Below, piece after piece: positions 13,725 through 24,264 of a stretch of DNA of 64,000 nt; positions within the stretch are counted from its first letter, which is position 1; every line of letters starts with the position of its first letter. The DNA is from Nitrospirota bacterium (GTDB lineage: Bacteria; Nitrospirota; Nitrospiria; Nitrospirales; NS-4), in NCBI GenBank assembly GCA_005877615.1, contig VBOD01000108.1, positions 18,750 through 82,749 of the forward strand. The letters are read 5' to 3'. A program made the translations under genes and the position numbers. Under the pieces are notes generated by a model. The model worked only from the letters and a program-made list of their open reading frames with translations. It did no database searches and was not told the DNA's origin.

Positions 13725-13991
13725 TTACTTCAGGTGCTTGCTGACGAGTTTCGTCATCTCGAACATCGACACCTGTGTCTTGCCGCGGAAAACCTCCTTG
13801 AGCGCGGCGTCAGCGTTGATCATGCGTCGGTTCTTGCGGTCCTGCAGCTTCTTGCGCTTGATGTAGGCCCAGAGCTTCTTGGTCACTTGGGTGCGCGGCA
13901 TGGGTTTGTTGCCGATCACCGCGCCGAGAGCGGCGCTGGGTTTCATCGGTTTCATGAATGCGGCACTCGGCTTCCTCTTCTTCTTAGCCAT
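13725..13991 (-). CDS. SWIB/MDM2 domain protein
   Basis: 88 aa. Basic N-terminus MAKKKRKP, then LGAVIGNKPMPRTQVTKKLWAYIKRKKLQD...INADAALKEVFG-like...MFEMTKLVSKHL, typical of the SWIB fold. RBS GAGAGGAGAG upstream. Confidence 0.8.
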   Translation of the reverse strand: MAKKKRKPSAAFMKPMKPSAALGAVIGNKPMPRTQVTKKLWAYIKRKKLQDRKNRRMINADAALKEVFRGKTQVSMFEMTKLVSKHLK

Positions 13992-14120
13992 CGTCTATCT
14001 CTCCTCTCAATAGAGTTGGGTGTAATGTTTCCGCGTGGACGGGTACGGCCAGCGCGAGATTGCGTCAACCCGAGTGAAAAGTCAACTACAACCCATTTTT
14101 CTGTCCTTGTCCCCGTCTGT

Positions 14121-14453
14121 CTACTTTCGCTGCTGGGCCGCGCGCAACGCCTCGGACCAGGCGTCGCGGACAGTCTTGACTTGCGGGTGATCCTCGGCCA
14201 GCACGCCCGCTTCGACCAGCACCGCGAGCCGCGGATTGGGATCCAATCGCAGTACGCCGCCGATGTCCAGCACGGCCTGCGCGTCCTTCAGGACTTGCAC
14301 GAAGGCCTCCAGCCAGGAATCCAGGATGGCGGCCAGGGCCGGCGAATCCTTGGGCATCCGCCCGAGCCGGACTTGCGGGAGCAGCTTGGGAATGGGGTCC
14401 GACCGCTGCAGTAATTTCATCGCGCGGTCGAGGAACTGCTCGGGAGTCTCCAT
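14121..14453 (-). CDS. Hypothetical protein (110 aa), no recognisable family
   Basis: ORF track. Same strand, tightly packed between the small zinc-ribbon ORF and the SWIB gene. Confidence 0.5.
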   Translation of the reverse strand: METPEQFLDRAMKLLQRSDPIPKLLPQVRLGRMPKDSPALAAILDSWLEAFVQVLKDAQAVLDIGGVLRLDPNPRLAVLVEAGVLAEDHPQVKTVRDAWSEALRAAQQRK

Positions 14454-14471
14454 CTACCCGGAGGGCGGTGG

Positions 14472-14636
14472 CTACCCAGTCTCGGGGCCGCAGTCCGTGC
14501 CGTTGCAGGGACCGCAAAACCAGGCGCCGTCATTGAACATCATCGGCTCGTCGCAGACCGGGCAGTTCGGCGGCTTTTCTCGCGGCAGGGCGCGCAGGGC
14601 ATCGAGGTCCAGCTCGTTCTCGGATTCGTCAGCCAC
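14472..14636 (-). CDS. Small zinc-ribbon protein, 54 aa (below the ORF-track length cut-off)
   Basis: Hand translation gives V(M)ADESENELDLDALRALPREKPPNCPVCDEPMMFNDGAWFCGPCNGTDCGPETG, then stop. AGGAG lies 6 nt upstream of the GTG at 14636. CPVC and CGPC pairs are present. Confidence 0.55.
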   Translation of the reverse strand: MADESENELDLDALRALPREKPPNCPVCDEPMMFNDGAWFCGPCNGTDCGPETG

Positions 14637-14645
14637 GTGCGGCTC

Positions 14646-14906
14646 CTACCTGTCCGGCGGCCTGACGCCCAGCGCCTTTTCCGCACTCTCGCGGGAGGGC
14701 ACGCCGATGAATTTCAGTTTGCCGTCGATGATCGTGGCCGGCGTGGCGCGGATCGCGTGCCGGTCCACCAGTTCCTGCCCGTCCGGGCTGAGGATATCCA
14801 CCTCCCGGTAGCTGAAGCTGTGCTTCACGCGCAGCCCCTTCCAGAGCTCCTTGGCGGCCGGGCAAGCTCCGCAGGTCTGCGAATAGAGTAATGTGACATT
14901 CGCCAT
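14646..14906 (-). CDS. Glutaredoxin-like / thioredoxin-fold protein (CGAC active site)
   Basis: Internal ATG at 14906 of ORF 14646..15035. MANVTLLYSQTCGACPAAKELW...ATPATIIDGKLKF is typical of small glutaredoxin-like proteins. Confidence 0.7.
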   Translation of the reverse strand: MANVTLLYSQTCGACPAAKELWKGLRVKHSFSYREVDILSPDGQELVDRHAIRATPATIIDGKLKFIGVPSRESAEKALGVRPPDR

Positions 14907-14961
14907 ACGTGTATCGTAACACCCGCCCTGCCCGCCTTCAAGATGAAGAATAGGGGACAGG

Positions 14962-16983
14962 CTACTGGTTCGTCTTGCGCGTCCGGAATGGGCGGAGAGG
15001 GTTGTGGCAGGTGGGGCAGAGATCCAGCGAGCCACGCTTCTCCAGATAGTCCAGGACAGTTTGGACGTACGTGGCGTGCGACCACGTGAGCGGCGACACG
15101 GACAGCGGCTCGTTCGTGTAGGGATGGACCTGCTCGGCCAGGACGCCGGAGGCCAGCGCCCGATCGGCCACCCACTCCAGCAGCGGCACCGCCTCCTTGA
15201 GCTGATCTGCGGTCGTCGCCTTCTTGATCAGCCATTGGGCGACCCACAGCGTGCAGACGAACCAGGGGTTGCCGGGCACGTTGTCGAGGTCCTGGCTGAC
15301 CTGGTGATAGTGGTCGTTCTCGTAGCGCGCGATCCCGCCCACCGCCGTCTTGCACCAGAGCCGGTCGCGGATGGCCTGCATGGTCCGCGTTACCCGCTCC
15401 TCCGCGGGATCGTAGACCCCGAAGCAGCCGACCGCGTACAGGCTCGCGTCGATCGTCGGATCCACGTTGTCCAGCGTCCCGTTCTTCTTGAAGGTGACCA
15501 TGCGCGCGAAGCGGTTCAGCTCCTGGCGGTACAAATAGCGGTCCATCCCCGCCTTCACTTCGGCCGCGGCGCGGCGGTAGGTGCCGGTCAGGCCGGCCTG
15601 GCCGAACCCCTCGGTGAAGTTCGACGCGGCCATCAGGCCGGCGTAGACCGCCGCGCAGGTGAAGGCCATCACCCCGTGGCGCTCTTCCCACAGATCATAT
15701 GAGGCGCGCGGCAGGCCGGTGACCGGATCGCGGTAAGCGGCCATCCAGTTGGCGGCCCGCTTGACCAGCGGCGCATAGAGCGGCGTGATGAACTCCACGT
15801 CGCGGAAGCGTTCGAAGTGATGCCACAGGGCCCAGATCACGAGCGCCGTCTCGTCCTCCTGGATCGGCAGTTGGGGCTCGCCGTCCTTGACCCAGGGGTG
15901 CCAGGAGGACGCCAGAGTCCCGTCCGGGTTGTACTTGTGGAGGAAATAGCCCTCCGGCGTCAGCAACTGCGAGCTGAGGCGGAAGAACCGCCGGGTGAGC
16001 TGCGGGTAGCCGGCGACGTCCAGCGCGTGCGCGACCAGCGCGCCGTCCCGTGGCCAGAGGTATGCGTAGGTGTCGCGCGCCTCGGTCGCGATGTCCGAGT
16101 CGTTCGCCGCGATGATCGCCCCGCTCTCGTCCACCTGGGTCCGGATGACCAGCAGGCTCCGGTAGTAGAGGTCCATGACCTTGCGCGAGAGATCGCCGAA
16201 GTTGATGCAATCCTGGTTGAGCCAGTAGCGCCAGTACTTGTCCGTCCTCGATAGATAGTACTCCGGCAGCCGCTCCTCAACCCGCTTGTTCAGGTTGTTG
16301 ACGCTGAACCAGTCCTCCCCCGCGACCATCCAGTACCACGCCTCCTGCGACCCCTGCTTCGGCACCTTGAGGAAGATGCCCAGCGTGGAGTCCACCGCGC
16401 CTTGCGTGATCGGGCCGGCCTCCAGACGGCCGTCCTCGGCGTCCCGCCAGGTTCCTTCCGCCCCCGGCACCTCCTTGCGGCCGGTGGCGAAGTGCTGGAC
16501 GCCGACCGTCCCGTTCGCCATGCAGTTCGTCAGGAAATACCGCCGCATCTTGTAGTGGGTGACGGTCTTGTGCTTGGGCTCGTAGGCCGCCGTGTCGCCG
16601 ACGTCGGATTCGTAGAGATGGAAGTCCTGGTGGAGGAACAGGCGGATGTCGCGCTCCCGATCGGCCAGGTTCCGCACGATGATCTTCCGGACATAGACCG
16701 ACTCATAGAAGTCCACGGCGTCCGAGCAGACGAGCCGGACCTGCAAGCCGGGATGATAGGCCTCGACCTGCGAGACCATCGTCCCCTCCTGGTACTTGAG
16801 GGAGATCTGCCAGTCGGGCCCCAACCAGGAGAGTTGCCCGTCCACCCACACGCCGAAACGGGACGGATGGCCGACCGTCTGGTTTTCCTTGCCGACGTGG
16901 GGGAAATAGATGTCGCGGATTTGATAGTAGCGGTCGAAGGTGACGAGGAGCTTGCCGTTGCCGAGAGGGATGTCCCGCGGCAT
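14962..16983 (-). CDS. Glycoside hydrolase family 15 (glucoamylase/glucodextranase-like)
   Basis: 673 aa. YAYLWPRDGALVAHAL, ETALVIWALWHH and LWEERHG motifs of the GH15 (alpha/alpha)6 catalytic domain. Confidence 0.85.
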   Translation of the reverse strand: MPRDIPLGNGKLLVTFDRYYQIRDIYFPHVGKENQTVGHPSRFGVWVDGQLSWLGPDWQISLKYQEGTMVSQVEAYHPGLQVRLVCSDAVDFYESVYVRKIIVRNLADRERDIRLFLHQDFHLYESDVGDTAAYEPKHKTVTHYKMRRYFLTNCMANGTVGVQHFATGRKEVPGAEGTWRDAEDGRLEAGPITQGAVDSTLGIFLKVPKQGSQEAWYWMVAGEDWFSVNNLNKRVEERLPEYYLSRTDKYWRYWLNQDCINFGDLSRKVMDLYYRSLLVIRTQVDESGAIIAANDSDIATEARDTYAYLWPRDGALVAHALDVAGYPQLTRRFFRLSSQLLTPEGYFLHKYNPDGTLASSWHPWVKDGEPQLPIQEDETALVIWALWHHFERFRDVEFITPLYAPLVKRAANWMAAYRDPVTGLPRASYDLWEERHGVMAFTCAAVYAGLMAASNFTEGFGQAGLTGTYRRAAAEVKAGMDRYLYRQELNRFARMVTFKKNGTLDNVDPTIDASLYAVGCFGVYDPAEERVTRTMQAIRDRLWCKTAVGGIARYENDHYHQVSQDLDNVPGNPWFVCTLWVAQWLIKKATTADQLKEAVPLLEWVADRALASGVLAEQVHPYTNEPLSVSPLTWSHATYVQTVLDYLEKRGSLDLCPTCHNPLRPFRTRKTNQ

Positions 16984-16988
16984 GCGGG

Positions 16989-17951
16989 CTAACTGGCGGT
17001 GGCGAGGGCCGCGAGCTTCGGTTGGCCGCTCAGCACGGCCACGACGTTCTCAGCCGCCATCACGGCCTGCCGACGGACCGACTCCTCCGTGTTGGAGCCG
17101 GCATGGCAGGACACCAGCACGTTTTCCTGGGTCAGGAGAGGCACCGTGAACAGGTTCTCCTCGCTCGGCAGGTCGAATGCCGCCCCGCGCAGGCGCTGCC
17201 CGCGCAGCGCGTCCAGGACGGACCCTTCGTCGATGAGTTCCGGGCGGCCCGTGTTGATCAGGTACGATCCGGGGCGGATCCGTCCGACCCGCATCTTGGA
17301 GAGCCAGCCCCGCGTCTCGGGATTGAGGCCCAGGTGCAGGGTCACGATGTCAGAATTCTTGAGGAGCTCGTCGGCCGGGACATACTCGATCCCGTGATGC
17401 TCGGCGAAGGACACGTCCGGATGCATGTCGAACCCCAGGACGTTCATCCCCAGGGCCAGCGCGCGCTTGGCGACCTCCTTGCCGATCCCGCCCATGCCGA
17501 CGATGCCCAGGGTCTTCCCCATAAGCTCGACCCCGGCAACGGACGACCACTTGCCGTTGCGGATGTCGCGGTCCATCTGCGGGATGCCGCGCAGCAGCGC
17601 GAACATGAGGCCGAGCGTCAGCTCGGCCACCGCCGCATGGGTGACGCCCGGCGTGAAGGTCACGGGAATGTGCCGCGCGGCGGCCACGTCCACGTCGATG
17701 TTGTCCACGTGAGTGCCGAACTTGGAGATGACTTTGAGCCCGGTCGCCCGATCAAGCACCCGGTGCGTCACTGGATCATCCCCGACGATGACGGCGTCCA
17801 TGCCGACGATATAGGCCGCCATTTCGTCTTCCGTCAGGGTCCGGGGGCGGGGGTTTGCGATGACTTCGTACCCTGCCTGCTTCAGGATGCCCAGATGCTC
17901 CCCCTCGAGATCCAGAAACCCCCTGGGGGTGACGAGTACGCGCGCTGCCAT
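16989..17951 (-). CDS. D-isomer-specific 2-hydroxyacid dehydrogenase (phosphoglycerate dehydrogenase-like)
   Basis: NAD motif GIVGMGGIGKEVAKRA and catalytic region LLKNSDIVTLHLGLNPETRG...VSCHAGSNTEE. Start taken at MAARVLV (codon 51 of the ORF), preceded by GGAGG. Confidence 0.85.
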   Translation of the reverse strand: MAARVLVTPRGFLDLEGEHLGILKQAGYEVIANPRPRTLTEDEMAAYIVGMDAVIVGDDPVTHRVLDRATGLKVISKFGTHVDNIDVDVAAARHIPVTFTPGVTHAAVAELTLGLMFALLRGIPQMDRDIRNGKWSSVAGVELMGKTLGIVGMGGIGKEVAKRALALGMNVLGFDMHPDVSFAEHHGIEYVPADELLKNSDIVTLHLGLNPETRGWLSKMRVGRIRPGSYLINTGRPELIDEGSVLDALRGQRLRGAAFDLPSEENLFTVPLLTQENVLVSCHAGSNTEESVRRQAVMAAENVVAVLSGQPKLAALATAS

Positions 17952-18106
17952 GCCATTGCCTCCTGCCGAGCCTTGCCGGACGGGACCTGCTCTGTGCGCC
18001 GGGATTCTACCATCGTTTGCGAAACACCTCAACCAGATAATCATTTTTGTTCCGGGGGCCTGCCCAGTTGTTTCGCCGCCCCGGAATGGGCTATGGTACA
18101 CGCCGC

Positions 18107-19714
18107 ATGCTGCGTCGGTTCACACACCTGCTGCTCCTCCCTGTCCTGTCCGGAACGCTGCTCGTCCTGAGCTTTCCGACGTACGACCTGGACTTCCTGG
18201 CCTGGATCGCTCTGGCCCCCCTCCTGATTGCCATCCGGGAGAAGCCCTGGAAGACGGCGTTCGGACAGGGCTGGCTGGCGGGCCTCGTGTTCTTCGTCGG
18301 GACCTTGTCGTGGGTGATCAACGCCATGCACCAGTACGGGAAGATCCCCTTCCCTGTCAGCTTCTTCGTCATGCTGCTCCTGGCGGGGTACTGCGCCCTG
18401 TTCGTCGCGCTGTTCGCCGCCATCCTGGTCGCGCTCACGGATGCCCGCGGTTTGCTCCGGCCCTGGACCGCCGCGGCCCTGTGGGTCGCGCTGGAATGGC
18501 TGCGCGGCCATCTCTTCTCCGGCTTCCCCTGGGCGCTGCTCGGCTACAGCCAATACCACACCCTGTCAGTCATTCAGATCGCGGACGTGACCGGCGTCTA
18601 CGGCGTCTCATTCCTCCTCGTGCTCGTGAACGCGCTGGTGGCCCGGTTCGTCGAGGCGCTCGCATCGCGGGTCGGGCGCGGTGCCAAGCCGATCCCCTTT
18701 CCCTGGGTGACCGTCGCGCTGGCCGCTGGGCTCGTCGCCTTCGTCGTGGACTACGGGTACTGGCGCCTGGACCCGCGCAACAACCCGACGAACGAGCACT
18801 CCCTTCGCATCGGCCTCGTCCAGCCCAACATCGACCAGGCGCAGAAATGGGACGTCGCCTTCCGCCGGCAGGCCATTGACCGCTATAAGAAATTGACGGC
18901 CCAGGTCGTGCAGGAAGTCGATCTGGTGGTCTGGCCGGAAGCGGCGACCCCGTTCTTCTTCGACGTGGAGACCGACTATCGCGAAGAGCTGCTGCGGTTC
19001 GTGCGGGAGCGCGGCGTTCCGCTGCTCTTCGGCTCCCCGGCCCTGGACAGCAAATCCGAAGGCAGTCCGCGCCTGTTCAACAGCGCGTATCTGGTCAGCA
19101 GCACTGGCACGGTGCTGGACCGGTACGACAAGGTCCACCTGGTGCCGTTCGGCGAGTACATCCCGCTCAAGCCGGTTTTCTTCTTCCTGAACAAGCTGGT
19201 CGTAGGCCTCGGGGACTTCGTGCCGGGGTCGGATCCCCGCGTGATGAGCGGGCCCAGCGGCCACCTGGGCGTGGTGATCTGTTTCGAGGTCATCTTCCCA
19301 GACCTCGTGCGCCAGTTCGTAGACCGGGGCGCAGACTACGTGGTGACGATCACCAACGACGCCTGGTTCGGCCGGACCAGCGCGCCGTACCAACACTTCG
19401 CCATGGTCGTGTTCCGCGCCGTCGAGAACCGGGTGCCGTTCGCCCGCGCCGCCAACACCGGCATCTCAGGCTTCATCGATGCCGAGGGGCACATCCTGCG
19501 CACGACGGACATCTTCGTGGAGGGCGCGCTGAGCGGCGAGGTCCGGATCGGCGGCACGCGCACCATCTACACGGCGTACGGGGACCTCTTCACGTTGGGC
19601 TGTGCTATACTGACGCTGTTCGTGGCAGCGCGGATGTGGCGCCAGGGCGCATTTAGGGGAGACTATGCTCGACGACCTGAAAGCTCGCCTAGCGAGCCTC
19701 ACTACCCGTTTTGA
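18107..19714 (+). CDS. lnt: Apolipoprotein N-acyltransferase
   Basis: N-terminal polytopic membrane domain plus CN-hydrolase domain ([33 protein letters not shown]). Start taken at MLRRFTH (18107). Confidence 0.85.
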   Translation: MLRRFTHLLLLPVLSGTLLVLSFPTYDLDFLAWIALAPLLIAIREKPWKTAFGQGWLAGLVFFVGTLSWVINAMHQYGKIPFPVSFFVMLLLAGYCALFVALFAAILVALTDARGLLRPWTAAALWVALEWLRGHLFSGFPWALLGYSQYHTLSVIQIADVTGVYGVSFLLVLVNALVARFVEALASRVGRGAKPIPFPWVTVALAAGLVAFVVDYGYWRLDPRNNPTNEHSLRIGLVQPNIDQAQKWDVAFRRQAIDRYKKLTAQVVQEVDLVVWPEAATPFFFDVETDYREELLRFVRERGVPLLFGSPALDSKSEGSPRLFNSAYLVSSTGTVLDRYDKVHLVPFGEYIPLKPVFFFLNKLVVGLGDFVPGSDPRVMSGPSGHLGVVICFEVIFPDLVRQFVDRGADYVVTITNDAWFGRTSAPYQHFAMVVFRAVENRVPFARAANTGISGFIDAEGHILRTTDIFVEGALSGEVRIGGTRTIYTAYGDLFTLGCAILTLFVAARMWRQGAFRGDYARRPESSPSEPHYPF

Positions 19715-20772
19715 CGAACTGCGGGGGCATCTTTGACCTCGCCTCGCTGAAATCCCAGATCCAGACATTGGAAGCCCGCATGGCCGCCCCAGACTTCTGG
19801 GGGGACCGTCGCGCGGCCCAGAGCACCATCCGGAAGAAGAACCTCCTCGAACGGGAGCTCAAGAGCTGGGGCGACATGGAGCGCCGGCTCGACGACCTCC
19901 GCGCGATGGTCGAGCTGGCGGAGTCCGAGCACGACGCCTCGCTGGAAGAGGAGCTGGCCGCCGAACTGGTCCAGGCCGAGCAGGCCCTGACCCGGCTTCG
20001 CGTCAATCACCTGCTGCGCGGCGAGATGGACGCGAACAACGCAATCCTCTCGATCCATCCGGGCGCCGGGGGGACGGAGTCCCAGGACTGGGCGGAGATG
20101 CTCATGCGCATGTACGTGCGATGGGCGGAGAACCGGGGCTACAAGGTCGAGACGCTGGACTATCTTCCCGGGGAGCAGGCCGGCATCAAGAGCGTGACGC
20201 TGAACATCGCCGGCGAGAACGCCTACGGCTACCTCAAGGCTGAGGCCGGCGTCCACCGCCTGGTGCGCATCTCCCCGTTCGACGCCAACAAGCGGCGGCA
20301 CACCTCCTTCGCCTCCGTCTTCGTCTATCCCGAGATCGAGGACGACGTGGAGGTGACCCTCGAGGAGAAGGACCTCAAGATCGACACCTTCCGCTCAGGC
20401 GGGGCCGGCGGCCAGAACGTCAACAAGGTGGAGACCGCCATCCGCATCACGCACATCCCCACCGGCATCGTCGTGCAGTGCCAGAACGAGCGCTCCCAAC
20501 TCAAGAACAAGTCCGGCGCGATGAAGGTGCTGCGGGCGCGCCTCTACGAGCTGGAACGGAAGAAAAAGGAGGAGGAGTTCAACGCCTTCGTCGGGGAGAA
20601 GAAGGAGATCGGCTTCGGCAGCCAGATCCGCTCCTATGTCTTCCAGCCCTACCAGCTCGTCAAGGACCACCGGACCAACGTGGAGGTGGGCAATATAAAC
20701 GCCGTCATGGACGGCGACCTCGACCCGTTCATCGAGGCGTACCTGCTGCAATCGGTGAAGCAGGAGCGGTAG
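19665..20772 (+). CDS. prfB: Peptide chain release factor 2, requires programmed +1 frameshift at 19734
   Basis: ORF0 [23 protein letters not shown] ends at in-frame TGA 19734-19736 within CTT TGA C. The +1 frame continues DLASLKSQI... with the SPF motif (RISPFD) and the GGQ motif ([10 protein letters not shown]). Confidence 0.9.
19722..19737 (+). promoter_or_regulatory. RF2 autoregulatory +1 frameshift site
   Basis: CGGGGGCATCTTTGAC: an internal SD-like GGGGG, a 3-nt spacer, then the slippery CTT TGA C. The architecture matches E. coli prfB. Confidence 0.85.
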
Positions 20773-20804
20773 GGGCAGACCTATGTGTCTGCCCATCAAT
20801 CCTT

Positions 20805-20813
20805 TGATATAAT
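20805..20813 (+). promoter_or_regulatory. Extended -10 promoter element TGaTATAAT immediately upstream of lysS
   Basis: TG at 20805-20806 and TATAAT at 20808-20813. The ATG of lysS is at 20823 (9-nt gap, no SD). Confidence 0.4.
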
Positions 20814-20822
20814 GCCGGCCCG

Positions 20823-22331
20823 ATGGAAGAATTGAACGACCAGATCGCCCAGCGGTTCAAGAAGCTGGACCAGCTTCGAAGCCTGGGGATCGATCCGTTC
20901 GGCGGGAAGTTCGACGTCCAGGACCGCGCCGGCGATCTGATCGCGCGCTACGGCACAGCGACCAAGGATGCGCTCGAGCAGAAGCCCGTCACCACCACCA
21001 TCGCCGGCCGGGTGATCGCCCTGCGCTGGTTCGGCAAGGCCGCCTTCGCCTCCCTCCAGGACGGCGTGGACGCCATCCAGGTGTACTTGAAAAAAGACGT
21101 CCTGGGCGAGCAGGGCTTCGCCCTGGCGGACCTGCTCGACATCGGCGACTGGATCGGCGTCAGCGGCCGGCTCTTTCGGACCAAGACGAACGAGCTGACG
21201 GTCGAAGTCAAACAGCTCACCCTGCTCTGCAAGGCCCTCCGCCCGCTCCCGGAAAAATGGCACGGCCTGACCGACGTCGAGACGCGGTACCGCCAGCGCT
21301 ACGTGGACCTGATCGCGAACCCGGAGGTCAAGCGCATCTTCATCACGCGCAGCCGGATCATCCAGGCCATCCGCACCTTCCTCGTCGGCAAGGGCTTCCT
21401 GGAGGTGGAGACGCCGATGATGCACCAGATCCCCGGCGGCGCCACCGCGCGCCCGTTCGTCACGCATCACAACACGCTCGGGACCGATCTGTACCTGCGC
21501 GTCGCCCCGGAGCTCTACCTCAAGCGGCTGATCGTCGGCGGGCTGACCCGGGTGTACGAGATCAACCGCAACTTCCGGAACGAGGGCATCTCGACCATTC
21601 ACAACCCCGAATTCACGATGCTCGAGTTCTACATGGCGTACGCGGACTACACGGACCTGATCCCTCTGACCGAGGAGCTGATCGTGGAGCTCGTCGAGAC
21701 CGTCCACGGCAAGGGGACGCAGGCCATCCCCTACCGCCTGCACCCGAACGAGGACACGACGACCATGATCTCGTTCGCCCACCCCTGGAAACGCGTCAGC
21801 TACCGGGCCGCGATCGCCGATCGGCTCGGCGCGACGCTCCAGCAGATCACCGACCCCGCGTACGTCCTGAGCGAGGCCAAGAAGCACCGGTGCGAGCTGA
21901 AGGGCGGCGAATCGTACTGGCAGCTGATGGTCCTGCTGTTCGGGCAGGTGGTCGAGCCCACGCTGATCCAGCCAACGTTCATCACCGACTTCCCGGTCGA
22001 GATCTCCCCCCTGGCCAAACGCAAGGCGCGCGACCCGGAGCTCACCGACCGCTTTGAGCTCTACATCGCCACCCGCGAGATCGCCAACGCCTTCTCGGAG
22101 CTGAACGACCCCATGGACCAGCGCAAGCGCTTCGAGGCGCAGATGGCCGAGCGGGCCAAGGGCGATTTGGAGGCCCAGCGCCTGGACGAAGACTTCCTGC
22201 GCGCGCTCGAGCACGGCATGCCGCCGACGGCCGGGGAAGGGATCGGCATTGACCGGCTCGTCATGCTACTGACCAACCAGACGTCCATTCGCGACGTGAT
22301 CCTCTTCCCCCAACTGCGTCCGGAAAAATAA
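20823..22331 (+). CDS. lysS: Lysine--tRNA ligase, class II
   Basis: 502 aa. OB-fold N-domain and class II motifs ([37 protein letters not shown]). Confidence 0.95.
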   Translation: MEELNDQIAQRFKKLDQLRSLGIDPFGGKFDVQDRAGDLIARYGTATKDALEQKPVTTTIAGRVIALRWFGKAAFASLQDGVDAIQVYLKKDVLGEQGFALADLLDIGDWIGVSGRLFRTKTNELTVEVKQLTLLCKALRPLPEKWHGLTDVETRYRQRYVDLIANPEVKRIFITRSRIIQAIRTFLVGKGFLEVETPMMHQIPGGATARPFVTHHNTLGTDLYLRVAPELYLKRLIVGGLTRVYEINRNFRNEGISTIHNPEFTMLEFYMAYADYTDLIPLTEELIVELVETVHGKGTQAIPYRLHPNEDTTTMISFAHPWKRVSYRAAIADRLGATLQQITDPAYVLSEAKKHRCELKGGESYWQLMVLLFGQVVEPTLIQPTFITDFPVEISPLAKRKARDPELTDRFELYIATREIANAFSELNDPMDQRKRFEAQMAERAKGDLEAQRLDEDFLRALEHGMPPTAGEGIGIDRLVMLLTNQTSIRDVILFPQLRPEK

Positions 22332-22334
22332 TCC

Positions 22335-23575
22335 GTGAACCTCCCGTACGAAGCCTTCATCGGTCTCCGCTACCTCCGGGCCAAGCGCCGCAATCGCACC
22401 ATCTCGTTCAACACGCTCATCTCCATGATCGGCGTGACCATCGGCGTGGCGGCCCTGATCGCCACGCTGGGCATCATGACGGGCTTCAAGGAGGACCTGC
22501 AATCCAAGATCCTCGGCACGAACTCGCACATCATCGTCACCACCCGCACTGGCGAGACGATCAAGGACTACGCCGCGCTGACGGACAAAGTGGCCGCCGT
22601 CCCCGAGGTGGTAGCCGCCACCCCGTTCATCTTCAAGCAGGTCCTGCTCACGTCGGAGAGCGGCTCGCACGGCGTCGTGCTGCGCGGCATCGACGTGCGG
22701 CGCGAGCCGACGGTCACGGAGATCGCGAAGAACCTCCGCGCCGGCAGGCTGGAAGAGCTGGAACACGCCAGGTCGCCCGGCTCCCCGTCTTTGCTCCCCG
22801 GCATGATCATCGGCAAAGAGCTGGCGTTGCGGCTGGGCGTCTTCATGGGCGACCGGCTGAACGTCGTCTCCCCGGTGGGCCCCCTCACTGCCCTGGGCAT
22901 GCTCCCGAAGGTACGGGGCTACCGCGTGGCCGGCGTGTTCGAGTCCGGGATGTACGAGTACGATTCGTCGCTGGTCTACGTGTCGATCAAGCAGGCGCAG
23001 GAGTTCTTCAACATGGGCAACACGGTGACCGGCATCGAGGTGAAGGTCGCGGACATCTTCGCGGCGGACCGCATCGCCAAGGCGATCGAGCACACGATCG
23101 GCGTCCCCTACTGGGCGCGCGACTGGATGAAGCTCAACAAGAACCTGTTCTCGGCGCTCAAGCTGGAGAAGTTCATGATGTTCATCCTGCTGGTACTGGT
23201 CGTGATCGTCGCCTCCTTCAACATCGTGAGCACGCTCACCATGATCGTCGTGGAGAAGCACCGGGAGATCGCCATCCTGAAGGCGATGGGCGCGACCGGC
23301 CAGGCCGTGACGCGCATCTTCATGCTGAACGGGCTCGTGATCGGCATCGTCGGGACGGTGATCGGCATACCGCTGGGCTACAGCTTCTGCTGGGCGATCC
23401 AGACCTTCTACACCCTGCCGGGGGACGTCTACTACCTGAGCCGCATCCCGGTGAACATCAAGATCGTGGACGTCGTGACCGTCGCCGTGTCGGCGATCAC
23501 CATCACGTTCCTGGCCACGATCCATCCCTGCCGGCAGGCGGCTCGCCTGGACCCGGCCGAGGCGATCCGGTACGA

Positions 23576-23579
<4 letters not shown>
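22335..23579 (+). CDS. lolC: Lipoprotein-releasing system transmembrane subunit (LolC/LolE family, FtsX-type permease)
   Basis: 414 aa. N-terminal [13 protein letters not shown], a large periplasmic domain and the C-terminal FtsX helices, followed by lolD. Confidence 0.85.
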
Positions 23580-24241
<662 letters not shown>

Positions 24242-24264
24242 CGAAATCAGGAGGAGCGCGAGTT

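Noticed and set aside
17941-18000. When translating by hand, the printed bases of this one line read one base out of register with three independent ORF-track translations. The tracks imply TACGCGCGCTGCC at the left edge and GCGCCGGGATTC at the right edge.
   Set aside because: Flanking lines agree with the track, and the net length is unchanged. I treat it as a transcription or counting artefact on my side rather than biology. It only affects the 2-hydroxyacid dehydrogenase start coordinate by 1 nt (17951 by track arithmetic).
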